DNA of 64,000 nt from Hemiscyllium ocellatum (GCF_020745735.1 NC_083424.1:49648999-49712998), one strand, 5' to 3'; positions 36,295 to 50,985 are shown, counted from the stretch's first letter. Numbers and translations: made by a program. Notes: generated by a model from the letters alone, not told the origin.

Positions 36295-39200
36295 CTGAAA
36301 AAGTCCATGCCGAATGTAATTCCAAATTAAACTCGTCCCACTTGACTACGATTGGTTCATATACCACAAAGCATTTCCTATTTATTTGCGTATCCACATG
36401 TCTTTTATATTTTGGAATTGTACCCACATGTACCATGTCCTTTGGAAGTTCATTCCACACTTGAACGACACAGTTATCCCGAGTGTCTTTTTTGATTCTT
36501 TATCTCCTCAACTTCGACACATGCCTCCTAGACTTGAAATTCCCGACCATTGGGCCAATACACCTGCCATTCACCTTTTCTATGCCCCTCATGATTTTAT
36601 ATCTCTCTATAGGGTCACCTCTCAACCTCCTACATACCAATGAGAAACGTCCCAGCCTGTCCAGCCTCTTCCTGGAACTTAAACTCTCCATCCCTGACAA
36701 AATTCTGGTAAATCTCTTCTTAACCCTCTCCAGTTTAATGATAGCATACTTATAACAGGGCGATCAGAACTGTAGACAGCACGCCAGAAACGGCCTCACC
36801 AATGTACTACAAACCTCAACATGATGTCTCAACTCCCATACTCAAAGCTCTGAAGAATAAAGGCAAACGTCCTAATCGCATTCTTAACCACCCTGTCTGA
36901 ATGTGACGCACACTTCAACCAATTATTCCCTAGCCTATCTATCCTACAACAATAGCCAAGGTCCTACTTTTACTTGTATAAGTCCTGTCTTTGTTTTACC
37001 AAAATACAATACTTCGCATTTATCCAAATTAAAAACCATCTGCCAACTCCTGAGCTCATTGGCCTAATTCGTCAAGGTTTCTTTGCAATCATAGATAACC
37101 TTTTTTGTACACTATACTGTTCATTTTCATGTCATCCACAAACTTACTAATCATGCCTTTTATGTCCTGATTTAATTCATTCATATAAGTGACAGACAAA
37201 AGTGGATCCAGGACCGAACCCTGCAGAACACCGTTTGTAACAGGCCTCCAGTTCGAAAAACAACCCTGCACCCTCACTCTCTGTCTCCTACTGTAAAGGT
37301 AATTTTGTACCCAATTGGCAAGCTGACCCTGAATCCCATGTGTTCTGATTTAATTAATTAGTCTACACTGCAGAACCTTATCGAAGGCTTTGAAAATTTC
37401 AAGTAAATATCTTAACATTAGATGGAGCACTAGTTGGGAATCTGGAAAAGCGCCGCCTCTCCCTGTCAGGTCTGGTAATTCAAGAATGGTTTCCATGTCG
37501 GCCACCCGGGTGGGACTTCATTCTAAGACGTGGGAAAACCGTGGCAATCCGGTCGGGATGTGGGGTGGGGCGGTGGGGAGGGGGGAATAATGTCTATGGT
37601 TTCAGTATCTCTGCATTGGGAATTCTCACCCAGATCTGTGTGAATGCACTCAAGCAAAGAGCATGCTGTTGGGTCAAGCTCTGCTGTTTGTTTTACGCTC
37701 AGACAATAATAGAAACCCTGTGGAACTATGTGCAGTAAACCTTCAGGTGAAATCCGATTAGAGGTGAAGTGATCTGAAACCAGGCTGGTGTTCCCGGATT
37801 TGGACGAATGAGCCGCTCAATTCCTCAATGAAATTCAATAGCCACAAATCCCATTTTAGCCCTCCATAAGTCCCAACCAATCGGAATCTTTTTGGTATTT
37901 CGTTTCTGTTTCCAAAAGATCTGAGGGGATGTGGCTTGGGGGAAGGTAGCTGGGAGGTGGTCGGAGGTGCGGGTGATGGTGATAGCCGGGCAGGTCATGA
38001 GGGCTGTGCTGAGCTGGAAGGTTGGAACTTCCCACCTATCCGCTCCACCCTCCCCTCCGACCTATCACCTTTACCCCCATCTCCGTCCGCCAATTGCACA
38101 CCCAGCTACCTTCACCCATCCCTCTTCCATTTATCTCTCCATTCCCGAGGCTTCCCGCCTCATTCCTGATGGCGGGCTCCGGCCCAAAAAGTGGATTTTC
38201 ATGCTCTTTGCATGCTTCCTGACCTGCTGTGCTTTTCCAGTAACACACTCCAACTCTGATCTCCAGCATCTGCAGACTTCAATGTCTCCCTGCTAGTCTG
38301 GATGACCATCTACCGAACTGATCAGTTTTAAACACCTGGATTCCCTTCCGAGCTTCTAACGACAAGGCAGCATAAACCACAAACTTCACCCTGTCACCCT
38401 CAAAAGACCATCTGACAACCATGCTGTCTGGGCCGAGTGTTTGGTCTGCCCAGTGGAAAACTACAGCTCAGTCAAAGAGCATTCAACTGAGATTCTGCGC
38501 CATTGACCCTCCAGAGTAAAAAAGAACGAAGATTAAAATCTTGATGACTGCACATCTTGCTCTTGATTGCATTTCATAGGATCACTCCCGCTATTTGCTG
38601 CTGGGTCAACTTTACAGATAACAGTAAGACGGATCAATTTTATTCAATGAGGTACATCCACAGGAACGTTTAAACTGTCAACTTTTAAATATGGAGTCAT
38701 AGAATCATAAAGTACAGAAGATACCAACTGAACCATCGAGTCTCTGCACCTCATTTGAAGTGTGAAGAAAACAAAATTCATATACAAACCCTGTCAAAAT
38801 GCCATAGTCATTCAGTGGCTCTGATGGAGCACATTGGCTCAATCATTTAAAATAAGAAAAAGATTCACATTGCCTGAATAAATTACATACAGATTTAGTG
38901 GCAGATCAAATGAATTGCTAGGAATGCGCTTTCCTTGGACAGGTAAAAACAATGAGTGCAGATTTTGGAAACCAGATTCTGGATTAGTGGTGCTGGAAGA
39001 GCACAGCAGTTCAGGCAGCATCCGATGAGCAGTAAAATCGACGTTTCAGGCAAAAGCCCTTCATCAGGAATACAGGCAGAGAGCCTGAAGGATGGAGAGA
39101 GAAGTGAGAGGAGGGCGTTGGTGGGGAGAAAGTAGGATAGAGTACAATAGGTGAGTGGGGGAGTAGATGAAGGTGATAGATCGGGGGCGGGTGGAGTCAA

Positions 39201-41911
39201 TAGGTGGAAAAGAAGATAGGCAGGTCATAGTCATAGAGTCATAAAGATGTATAGCATGGAAACAGACTCTTCGGTCCAACCCGTCCATGCCAAACAGATA
39301 TTGGAACCCAATCTAGTCCCACCTGCCAGCTCTCGGCCCATACCCCTCCAAACCCTTCCTATTCATATACCCTTCCAAATGCCTCTTAAATGTTGCAATT
39401 GTACCAGCCTCCACCACATCCTCTGGCAGCTCATTCCATACACGTACCACCCTCTGCGTGAAAACGTCGCCCCTCAAATCTCTTTTAAATCCTTCCCCTC
39501 TCACACTGAACCTATGCCCTCTGGTTCTGGACTCCCCCACCCCATGGAAAAGACTTTGCCTATTTATCCTATCCATGCCCCTCATAATTTTGTAAACCTC
39601 AATAAGGTCACCCCTCAGCATCCGACACTCCAGGGAAAACAGCCCCAAACTGTTCAGCCTCTCCCTGTAGCTCAGATCCTCCAATCCTCGCAACATCCTT
39701 GTTAATGTTTTCTGAACCCTTTCAAGTTTCACAAGTCATGGGGACAGTGCTGAGCTGGAAGTTTGGAACTGGGGTGAGGTGGAGGTGGGGGAAATGAGTA
39801 GATTCAGTGCAGAGGAAATGACCTGGGAGTTGCAGTGGGAGAGAGACTCCCTGAGATTCTTGTAGAGAGAGGAGGAAAACTTCTTCAAGGCAGGCATCCT
39901 TGCAAGAGGATACGCAGTAGGGTTAAAATTAACCAGGTAAAAACAATGACTGCAGATGCTGGAACAGTTAAAAATTTACAAGTAAATGACAAACTTTGTT
40001 TCGGTCGTGCGTCAGGAAAGAGTGAGAGTAGTTAAATGCAATATTTATGTGCTCAATTTTATACTTGCTTGATGGTGAAATACATTTAACAAAGTTAAGA
40101 GTTCCACAACACCAGGTTCCAGTCCAACAGGTTTATTTGGAAGCACTAGCTTTCGGAGTGCGGCTCCTTTATCAGGTGATTGAAGGAGCAACACTCCAAA
40201 AGCTGCTGCTTCCAAATAAACATGTTGGACGATAACCTGACGTTGTACACCTCAGTTCAACACCGGCGACTTTAAATCATGACTACATTTAACAATGATG
40301 TTTTATCATTTCAAGGATGTAGGCATGTAAGGATTTTTCCTGTTTGCTCTAGAACGGAATTGAAGTCAGTCTCCTTTGCAACTGACTAACAAATAAGTGC
40401 TTTGCAACCTGAAGTATCAAGTATTTTTATTTTGGCAGTACAATGCTTTTCTTGAAGCAGCGATATTCTTACCTATCTGAGACCCTACAACACCAGAGGT
40501 TGTGATATAAAGTATAACTACCTGATCACATTGCTTGGATTGGTCAAGCTGCAGTTTGCTCCATGCTGGTTGAACCAGCGCAGCATGAACTATCCAGAGT
40601 GAAGAAGCAGAAAAGAGAGTGGACAATAAAAGAACGTAAACGAAACAATTCTAACATTGAGAAAAATCTACATGCAACTGATCAAATTGAACAAAACTTC
40701 CGTACAGACAAGTTTGGCATCATTGCTACAATCAAAAGATCTGTGACAGAGAACTTCGCACACTCTTATCACGTGAAGTTTTGATTTTCAGAATTTTGTT
40801 TTCCCTGACTATGTATTTTCACACATAACGTTTGCGTCAAGCCGCCGTCTTTTGTCCGCCTTATTTGTGAATATGCCTGTATGTGAGCCTGTGTTTAGGG
40901 ATTTAAATTGATATAATTAAGTTATCCTTGTTCTGTCATCTATTAAACATTAAGTGCTTGCCAATAATCAATGTTTCTGCTGTGCAAGTAAGATGTGAAA
41001 TGTTTTTTTCATGAATAATACTCAGTAAGCTTGATTTAATGGATTGAATGGTTGAAATTAGGATTAATCCTAACCCAATCCTTTCTCTCAGGTTTTGAAA
41101 TAGTGAAGCTCGATTATCGGCATTTGATTAATTTTAGTCCCAACTGGATCATGGCAAGCAGAACTGTGTACAATATTCTAAGCACTGCTTTACCGACGAT
41201 TTTTAAAATGGCAAGAGTATCCCATTATTACTTGCCCAATATTTTTCCACTAATTTATAGTAAATTCTCGTTTGCGTTCACGGACAACAAGTGATATTGA
41301 TATCGAATCCATTTATTGTCGAATAGATGGCCGTTTATTCTCTGCACTACGTTTATTCGTTAGTAATTAATAGCCCGATTTTCGACTGTTTATCCGAATT
41401 TAAATTTACCAATGTACATTTCATCTGCATTCGAATCATGCATTGAATTGCTCTGTTTGACTGTGGAATTTGACATTTGGCGTTTAGATGCAATGTTATA
41501 AATATTTTGCACGGTCAAGCTCCGGAAGTCTTAAAGCACTGAAATCAAAACCGATTTGACTCATTTTGACAGAAATGAAAGATGTTGAAATGAACGCTGC
41601 CTTTGATGTTCGATCAATTGTTTTATTGAACTGTTAAGGTGGGATAGATTCATAATGCTTCAATACTTAAGACACAATCACATTGTTCCTGTCTTTTATT
41701 CAGATGTATGCATGTAAGGTAATAATCATTGACATTTCAGTTAACACGGCACGTTTGTAAAAACCAGTTACTTTTACATCCGAAAGTTTCCCCCGCGATG
41801 AGCAATTTTTCAATTAACCGGAATACAAATAATTTCTACCGTATTGTTACATGGGAGGTATGAACAGGAATAAACAAGCTTTCTCAATTGAGACAAGTGG
41901 AGCTTCCGAAA

Positions 41912-42234
41912 TCACATACAGCTCGATCTCGAGATACTTGTCTGAAACGGAGTTGCCTGAGACTCATGTTTAACCCCACAGGAGTAACGCTCGTGTGAGT
42001 TCCACTCTGAGGCTGACAGGGTCAGATAGCTGCTCACACTGAATGTGTTGTCCGTCTCCTGCTGGACCCGACTGGTCTCCACACCGTTCCCCTTGACACT
42101 GCCATCTACCGTCCACTCAATCTCCACAGCGCCCGGGTTAAAACCGCTCACCAAACACACCAGGGTCGCCGTGTGCTTTTCCGTGATTTGAACCGATGAA
42201 GGCGGAAGGAGGGATACCGATGGTTCCCGCGGAC
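41912..42234 (-). CDS. IGLC: Ig light-chain constant exon (cluster 3)
   Basis: aaacag|GT acceptor; intact 323 nt. Confidence 0.96.
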
Positions 42235-43705
42235 CTGTTTAAAATAAATTAGGTTCATGTGAGTTAAAGGACTGCAATTTTTCAACATGAGATTTATTCT
42301 AAGATAATATAATTTAAATTATGTCAATCACGGAATGTAATGAATAGTTCACTTAATTTTGCGTGCACTTAATTGTACTATTAAATCCAAGAAGGACTGA
42401 ATATGAGAGACTGCTTTTGTTTCGGTCTGACGAAATCATGTTGATCTTTAATTGCAGGCTGGAGTGTGGCAAAGGATCTGACTAAGTCTGGAGAGAAGCT
42501 ACTTTTGTTTCATTTTGTAACGGTATCCCTTGAAAAACAGAAGGAACACCTTAGTATTGATGCTGATAACAATTCATGCAGCTGCCATGGCTCTACAATG
42601 AGATACCAAGGTGCCCACCACGTTTAGAAATACTACTGATAATATGAAAAGTTGACATATGTTAAAGTTGTGTTGATTCGTTAACGTGAAGAAATTGTAA
42701 TCAGTTTTATTGCAAGTGGATCGATCAATTATTGCTAATGTAAAATAGTTGATTTACAGCTCACTCTCATCTCGTCTTGATATTCAATGACATTTCCATC
42801 ACATTATAACTCCGCTATCGATATTTGATGGTTATCATTGCCCGAAAACAAAACTATTCCAGCCATGTACTTAAGATGGAGCCAAGAGCAGGGCAATGGG
42901 AGAATAACACAATTCCTGATTCCCCAAAACTGATCGGTCATTTAAATGCAGTTTCCACCACACTCTCCACACTCGGCATTACCCCATACAAAGCAGTCCA
43001 TTTGACTGGTACCCCATCCACTCCATTAAACATGTGCGAGATGCACTGCAGCAACTCACCAAGGCTCTGACAAATATACTTTCCAAATTCTAAAACTCTA
43101 CTAACTGGAAGGATATGGAAAGCAGGTGTATGGGAATACCACCATCTGCAAGTTCTCCAAAGCATATCCCACCCTGTACTGGAACTATATTGCCGCTAAT
43201 TCACTGTAGATGTATTTAACGCCAGGCATGCCCTCCCTTTTACACCAGCTCTACCCCCTCCTCAGCGTACACGTGCTGTGAAAGAATGGGGCGCATAAGA
43301 AGTCATAACAGACATATCATCAGAAAAGTGTAAACCAGGCTGCCCTGTTTAACCATTAGCAATTGTTTTACTCTGTCATTACGTCCAAAATCTCACCAAT
43401 GCCCGCCCGTGCTGCTTGAATGGGAGATTTAAGTAGCTGCATCTCATCGAGCAAGGATTACCTCGCAGCGATACTGTGAGAAGCCATGTCTATTATTTCA
43501 GTCAATTAAATATTCCCAATTACATTAATGCTGCATAGATTTTGTTTCGCATTCGGACTTCTCTGATCACTGACATCGAAATCACCAGCCGCTGAGATCA
43601 GAAACAATCGGGGAAGGAACAGGAAATCTCTGTCGGTAGTGCACATTCTCATTGGAAATCACACAACACCAGTTTATAGTCCAACGGGTTTAATTGGAAG
43701 CACAC

Positions 43706-43734
43706 TAGCTTTCGGAGCGACGCTCCTTCATCAG
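43706..43734 (-). ncRNA. Minimal hammerhead ribozyme motif, AGCU type, intact core
   Basis: Reverse complement reads CTGATGA-A-GGAGC-gtc-GCTCC-GAAA-GCTA. Confidence 0.7.
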
Positions 43735-45263
43735 GTGATTGTCGCTCCGAAAGCTAGTGTGTTTCCAATTAAACCTGTTGGACTATAACCTGGTGTTGTG
43801 TGATTTTTAACTGTTTACTCCACAGTCCAACACCGGCATCTCCAATCATTCTCATTGAACTATTTGACGATATCAAGAATCCAAGTACAATATAACGAGA
43901 TGATCGAAAATGACTTCATGCTCATTTTCAGTTTAACAAGACACTACTAATTCAGAGTTTCACCAGGTTTTGTTGATTGCAATTAAGGCCAGCGAATGCG
44001 CCGCTAATTTCATTGCAATTCGCATCCGATTCTTCAGGGAAGCAGTCATGCCTTATTTGTTTTGTCGCTTTGAGAATTCAGTTTTCCATTTGGTCCGCCA
44101 GTTAGACAACACGTAACAAACTGCGGGAGTGTGGCGCTGGAAAAGCAAAGCCGCTCAGGCGGCATCCGACGAGAAGGAGAATCGACGTTTGGGGCATAAG
44201 CCCTTCATCAGGAATGATGAGGGGCTTACACCCGAAACATCGATTCTCCAGCTGGCCTCATTCCTCATGAAGGTCTTTTGCAGAACCACACTCTCGACCC
44301 CTATCTACAGCATCAGCAATCCACAATTTCGAACTGAACTTCCGTGATAAATCGAAGTCGCGAGATTCAATACAACAGTAGTCTCCGTTAAGAAAGTTAA
44401 GGAAACCGAGAACTGAAAAAGCTGAGAGCTAATGTTACCTGTTCTCAACCGCTATCTCTACAGATGCTGCCAGGTCTGCTGACGTTCTCCAGCAATTTTG
44501 TTTCAGATTTCCAGATTCCACAGCTCATTCTTTTACTTGAAGCTAAAGTTATCACTAATTTTTGACTTTCCATTGCCCTTTGTGTTTTGAAGAGGGAATT
44601 TATATAGGGTTACCTTTCTCGCTTCGTCGATTAATTCAAGCAGCTGGCGTTGGGACACCATCATTTACTTATGGAAATCGTTACTATATCTTTGAGTAAA
44701 GTACTAAGGTAAAGGTCCATTCCTTCCGTACGCCGAGGAGAATCGCGGAACAGAAAAAAAGTGCACTAAATATTTCACTAAAAATAACAAAGGACTCTGG
44801 AGGTCTGAGACGAAGACAGAAACTCCTGGAGAAACCTAGCAGGTCTGGCATCATCTTTGGAGAGAAAGCAAAGTTAACGTTTGCAGTCCAGTTCTAATGA
44901 AGGCTCACCGACTGGAATCGTCAACTCTGCTTTCTTCCCTCACACTTTACTAGACCTGCTGGGAGTTTCTCCAGCAATTTCAGCTTCTTTGTTTCTTAAA
45001 CATTTTCCCGTCCACTGGCACAGAGACTATGGCGCCAATTGTTCTTCAGGCCGCTGAACAAACACTCAGCAGAATGCCTTATAAACCTGCAAGATTCGGT
45101 TCTTAACCAGTCAATGGACAGCTCCAGATAATTTGGAAAGAATTTATATTCTATTGTGAACAGAATGTTACAACTGTAGCAGATTAAAATGTAGGCATTC
45201 ATAGTGTTTTGTTCTTAAACGGAATCAAGTTTTGAACTCTACAGGAAAAGGGGTTTTACTCAC

Positions 45264-45611
45264 TGCCAACACTCAGCTTGGTGCCTGTGCCGAAGTAGCC
45301 GATGCTGCTTTTCCATATGGCACAGTAATAGTCCGCGACGTCTCCCGATTCAACTCCGCTGATACTTAAAGTTCCTGTGTTGCCGGAGACTGAGCCCGAA
45401 AACCGGTCTGGAACACCTGAGGCCCTATTCGTGCTGCTGCCAGCGTAGTGATAAAGCAGATACCGAGGAGCATTTCCAGATTTCTGCTGATACCAATAAA
45501 TGTAGCTGGTCCCTAAGGAGGCACCCGACAAAGTGCAAGTAATCTGGACGGTCCCTCCGAGGGATGTCGATTTTGAAGGCGGTTGGTTTACTGTAATCTC
45601 TGCGCTCGAAA
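45264..45611 (-). CDS. IGLV-J: Germline-joined V-J exon (cluster 3)
   Basis: CDR1 region SLGTSYIY, CDR3 AIWKSSIGY; canonical splice sites; 348 nt. Confidence 0.96.
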
Positions 45612-45757
45612 CTGGAGGAAGAAAGGCATCAAAAATCTTACTGCTGTGTACTTTGATCAATTATTGACACGATTGAATTATTACGCACTTGTAAGATCAC
45701 ACCAAATAATATTCACAAAATGGATTTCACAGTAAATCTAAATGTGAGAACACCCAC

Positions 45758-45800
45758 CTGCAACGCAGAAACAGAAAATAACACGTGCCCAGTCAGACAT
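45758..45800 (-). CDS. Leader exon, cluster 3 (6 nt shorter)
   Basis: MSDWARVIFCFCVA + G|gtgggt; 43 nt. Confidence 0.88.
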
Positions 45801-45876
45801 GGTGAAAGGTTTAACCAGGCTGAGATGCATTGAGAGCTGTTTAACCAGATGGATTCAGTACCTGAAAGGTTCACTC

Positions 45877-45928
45877 TTTTAATAAGACCTGACACCGAGA
45901 AGGTGTTGCCCTCTACTGTTATGCAAAT
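45877..45928 (-). promoter_or_regulatory. IgL promoter, cluster 3: octamer 45921-45928, TATTAAAA 45877-45884
   Basis: Perfect octamer; variant TATA. Confidence 0.85.
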
Positions 45929-48900
45929 TAATATTTCCATCTCAACCAATCAGTCTCTGAAATCCAAAGACAATCTCAAAATCCCTTCAGAGAACAGCAA
46001 ATACAAGCAAGGTTATAGAAAAGCAAAATGCAGCAGTTGCGGAAATTCCGAGATTAAACAGAAAATACAGGCAGGAAATGTCGTGGAGCGAGAAATTGGA
46101 TCCACATTTCATTTCATGACCTTTCTAGAGAAGCTAAAAACACCTTGCCAAAAGCGTTGCCTCTTTCCTAGTGTGTGCTCTGAGCATTCTATGTTGCAAA
46201 ATGGGATTTGAATCCTCGAAACACGCAACAATAAAAGATATGAGAAACAGATTTAACAGTTCGAGTCCAGAGACATCTTCAGTTCCAAAGAATGTAAAAC
46301 GTTATCTGTTATTTTTCTCCACAGGTGTTGGTCAGACCCGCTGTGATTCTCTAGCACTGTCTGTTTCTGATTATGACTTCCAGCATCCGCAGCATTGTGT
46401 GTTTATATAAAAGATGTCATTTACCTTCTGAAGCGTGCATCGCCTTTTTGACACATCTACCCAACACCCAAATGTCGCAGCGTTCCGGGAAAGTGATGGG
46501 GTCCAGTCCGCTCAGTGTTGGCTCCGACTACCTAAACAGTACAATTGCTCACTGGGAAGGACAGCTAAACTGAAACACAGATACTTCCTGAACTAATATC
46601 GCCAGAATTTTCAATTTACTCTCTGAATTTCAACATCCTGTGCATTTTGATTTTGTAAAAGTTGCGTTTTCTTACACCTTACTTGCAGTTACTGTTCGTT
46701 GGAGAAACTTTGCAATTGTGTTTAGGTTTCACAGACTGATTGGTTGAGTTGAAAATATCCATTAATGTTAATTTTAACACTGAGATCGATAAATGTTGCT
46801 CAACCAATGTATTTCGGGACACAGGCCAAAGTCAGGAATACGGCGCAGGCCCACAGATCGACCATATCTCATTAAATTGGAGAACAGGGTCGAGGTCCTG
46901 AATGGTCTACTCCTGTCACTATGTTCCATAGTTTCTCCATTGGTCAGGCATGTCACCAAGACAGGCTGTGAAAATAAATCAGACGAATAGTTTGATTTTG
47001 AAGACCTGGCGCTAAATTCCAATAAAGCTGGAAAACCCAGATGTGGGCGTTTTGTGCAACTCGCGCGCTTTCCACTGCAGCTTGAATTATTAGTGAAATC
47101 CCAATAATGTCTCACAAACAAGGATCGTCAGAACGAACCCTTGGTGAGAACGATTGGCGAGCTAACAGGCGAAAGGTCAGGAACGCAGCAGATGAAGGAT
47201 TCATGGTGTGTGGGTCCAAAAGGAGCCTGTGAAAAAGTATGCAATTACATTCACTTCGTGACTAACTCTGCTGTCGCTTCTTCACCAACGCATGCAATGA
47301 TTACTGCTGTCTCCCTCTTGCTGAGTTTAACATCTGTTATCGCAAATGATCGAAGGTTTCTTAAGTTGGGGATAAAGGTTTATTCAACTTCACTTTGCAA
47401 GTTTGACCAAAAAAAACTGCGAAACATTTCTTCAGTAACTGATGAAATAACGCACCAGGAAGAGGTTGCCTCTTTCTTTCCACGGGAAACTGCAAGGCCC
47501 GTTGAATGTTTGCAGCATGTTTTTATTCCCGAGGTTAAATTAGTTGAACCTAAGATTTAAGTACTTTGCAGTCTTATCTCTTCATGTTTGATTCAAGGTA
47601 TATTGTTGTAAATAGTTGTATAAGCGTATAAAGCCGATTCCTTCTGAAAGAAAATAATGTAGCAAGAAAAATGTGCTTTTTAGCCAGTTTTGAGAAATTA
47701 TGTGAAATTTCAGAAAACAGCATGTTTTAAGTAATTTGTATTTATTGGAAGGATTTTCATTTCATAACGTGACACAATTTCTTATATAACACATTTTCTG
47801 AGATTTCAAATTGTGATTTATACGGGATGTTCATTCGCTCAACTACTACGTCAAAACTTGTGCATTGATTTCTTTGCCTCCAATACTAGCGTCACTTAAC
47901 CTTCGGTCAACCTTCTGTTGGTTCTTCATCAAGATCTGATGCTATAACCCAGATAAAGTTGTTGCAGCACACTACAACGACCTTAACTCCGCGTTCAAGG
48001 GAATGCTTGAGGTCATTCTCAAAATAGCCCAAACATCTCAAAAGGCATTCATAGCGAATCTTGCAGCAGTTGGCTCGATGAATACATGGGCCTGATACAG
48101 TATTAAATTCTTCTGTTTCGTTTACTTAGTTTCAAAAAATCCAGCAGGGCCTAAAGTTTCTCGTTAATTTTGCAGCCCTTCTCTCGGCGGCCATCCCTAA
48201 ATATGCTGTGCAAGCCTGGGGTGGACAAAGCTAAAAAAAAACAACACAACGCCAGGCTATATTCAACAGCTTTATTTGGAAGCACTAGCTTTCGGAGTGT
48301 TGCTACCTGATGAATAAGCAGCGGTCGGAAAACTGGTGCTACCAAATAAACCTGTTGGACTATAACCTGGTGTTGCGTGAATTTTAACTTTGTACTCCCT
48401 AAATATGCGTGATTGCAAATAAATTGTTTTGGCCTGATTCGGCGCTGGGTCTTCAGTGATTTGTACAACGCATCAATGGCGTTATTCGATTGAAAATAAT
48501 AACGTATCCACTTTTGCTGATAAAACAAATCCAAACGTGAATGCAGAAAGCTTGGAGGCAGAGGGCACAAACAGGCTGAAAATGCTTAGAGGGGTTGACT
48601 GAATCCTAATAAGCTCAATGTGGACATACATGAAGCAGCCACTTGTCAAAATAAAAAACAAAGCAGAATATTTACAACCTATATGAAAAGCCGAAATATT
48701 AATGCCATAAAGTTTTCAGTGTACTAATATGGGGCATACAGAAATAATTACAGCAAACAATTTGCAACGCAAGTTGTGTGGAGAGTAAGAAAAAGTCACT
48801 CTCGCTCTAATTGCATGAAAGTAGTCTGTGGATGTGGGAGAAGCTTGTCGGGTGATACATTGCATGGTTTGGGCTTCATATTTAAAGAAGGATATCATTG

Positions 48901-50680
48901 CGTTACAGCTGCTACAGGGAAGGGTCATGTGATAATTTCCTGGAGACACAGGGTCGGCCTAAGTTGTGAGACTGAGAACATTGCGTTCATACTTTCAGGA
49001 GATCTGTGCTATGAAAGTCCATCTCATTGAAGCATGGTGTATTCTGAAGGGCCTTGAGCTGCTAAACACTGAAAATGCGAAGTCTGGTATCTTTCAACCA
49101 GAAATCGGACAATAAAGTCTCAATTCAAATTGAAAGAAATGGCTTTATTTTGTCATCAACACCTTTTTGAAAAACAATGAAGACTAAACGACTGTAAAAC
49201 ATTTGCAAAGACGCCAATTTGTCGTATGTTGAAATATTAAACGTTTACCACTTCTTTGATTATTTGCATGTTGCTATAGAATTGTTTCACAATTAATAAT
49301 GACTGCAATTTATGTGGAACAGAGCCAATAAGCATGATCTGAACTCGCAATTAACTATGAATAAAGAGGCAATCTGAAGATAGAGGGGAAATCATTCTGC
49401 TGCCAGCGGCTGTGGGCTGTTGTCACAATGAGGGTGGATGAGCAGATGTGAGGGATGTAAAGGCCTGAAGTCTATTTGCATCTTTCTCGCATCCATGACC
49501 TGTTCTCTCCTGCCCCCGCAGGTCATGCTCAGCAGTAGATAATCCGGCGCAGGGTTGCTGTGGGACGAAGTTGCAACCGCTGTCACTTCAGCGACTCTCT
49601 CATGCACATTCTAAACTTGCTGGCAGAGTAGACACAAGCACTTATGTCGATCGAGGCTGAATGCAACATTCTGATTAAAGACGGCCTGCGATCAGTTTCC
49701 AGCCCGAAAACATTTAACTCTTTTTGGAACAAATTAAGCTTTCCCCATAGCATCTTTTACTTTCTGCAAGTAGGTTATCACTGTCTCATTCGTAAAACGT
49801 GTGCATCTGCGGCTCTAACTTTTGACATGCATCTGACGTGACCTATGTGTTGATGAATAACGTGAAACGTGTACTTCCAAATTTGCAGGGGCATCACTGT
49901 CTGTTATTGCAAGCAGCGACGAACCCACTTCTACTGAACCCATGACATGAGCTTCACGGACACCTTGTTCAGAGTGACGGGGTAATGGAGATAGAAGGGC
50001 AGGATTTCAATCATCACACACTCTCCCTTCTTCGAGTTGCATGTTTGAGGTGAACACAAGTGTTACCGCACAACCATCATGTATAGAGTGCGCCCTCTGC
50101 GGCTCCCTTTCATGATGTCTCGATTCCTCCTTCAAAACACTTCCATATTACGCTTGTGTAAAACCCACGGTTCTGTTGCAGGAACAACATTCCATTGTAG
50201 ACACTAAGCAGCTGCCACTGCTGAATTGCTGCCGTCACCAATTGATATCCCCATTGATCCTGTGGACTGCTCAGAGAATTGCATTTATAATTATTAGATA
50301 TAACTAATTTTCTTGTTGATACGTAATTCCCTCTTTCAGTTCGTGACATCCTCCTTGTACAAAGAGCTATACATCACGGAAACAGACCTTTCGGCTGAAA
50401 AAGTACATGCCGAATGTAATTCCAAACTAAACTCGTCCCACTTGACTACGATTGGCTCATATACTACAAAATATTTCCTATTTATTTGCGTATCCAAATG
50501 TCTTTAATATTTTGGAATTGTACCCACATGTACCATGTCCTTTGGAAGTTCATTCCACATTTGAACGACACAGTTATCCCGAGTGTCTTTTTTGATTCTT
50601 TATCTCCTCAACTTCGACACATGCCTCCTAGTCTTCAAATTCCCAGCCATTGGGACAATACACCTGCCATTCACCTTTTC

Positions 50681-50985
50681 TTAGATTTTTTTAGATTACT
50701 TACAGTGTGGAAACAGGCCCTTCGGCCCAACAAGCCCACACCGACCCGCCGAAGCGCAACCCACCCATACCCCTTACCTAACACTACGGGCAATTTAGCA
50801 TGGCCAATTCACCTGACCCGCAAATCTTTGGACTGTGGGAGGAAACCGGAGCACCGGGAGGAAACCCACGCAGACACGGGGAGAACATGCAAACTCCACA
50901 CAGTCAGTCACCTCAGGCGAGAATTGAACCCAGGTCCCTGGTGCTGTGAGGCAGCAGTGCTAACCACTGTACCACCGTGCCGCCC
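50681..50985 (-). mobile_element. tRNA-derived SINE (HE1/V-SINE-like), unit-4-specific
   Basis: Head gggcggcacggtggtacagtggttagcactgctgcctcacag..ggttcaattc (A/B boxes); central tgtgtggagtttgcatgttctccc; CR1-like tail gggccgaagggcctgtttcc; absent from the other three units. Confidence 0.88.

Larger units (their letters stand above)
33967..49635. repeat. Tandem Ig-cluster repeat unit 3 (type A)
   Basis: Shares the PLE insertion and many diagnostic bases with unit 1. Confidence 0.9.

Noticed and set aside
50915-50985. tRNA-like sequence
   Set aside because: It is the SINE head with A/B boxes, not a complete tRNA gene
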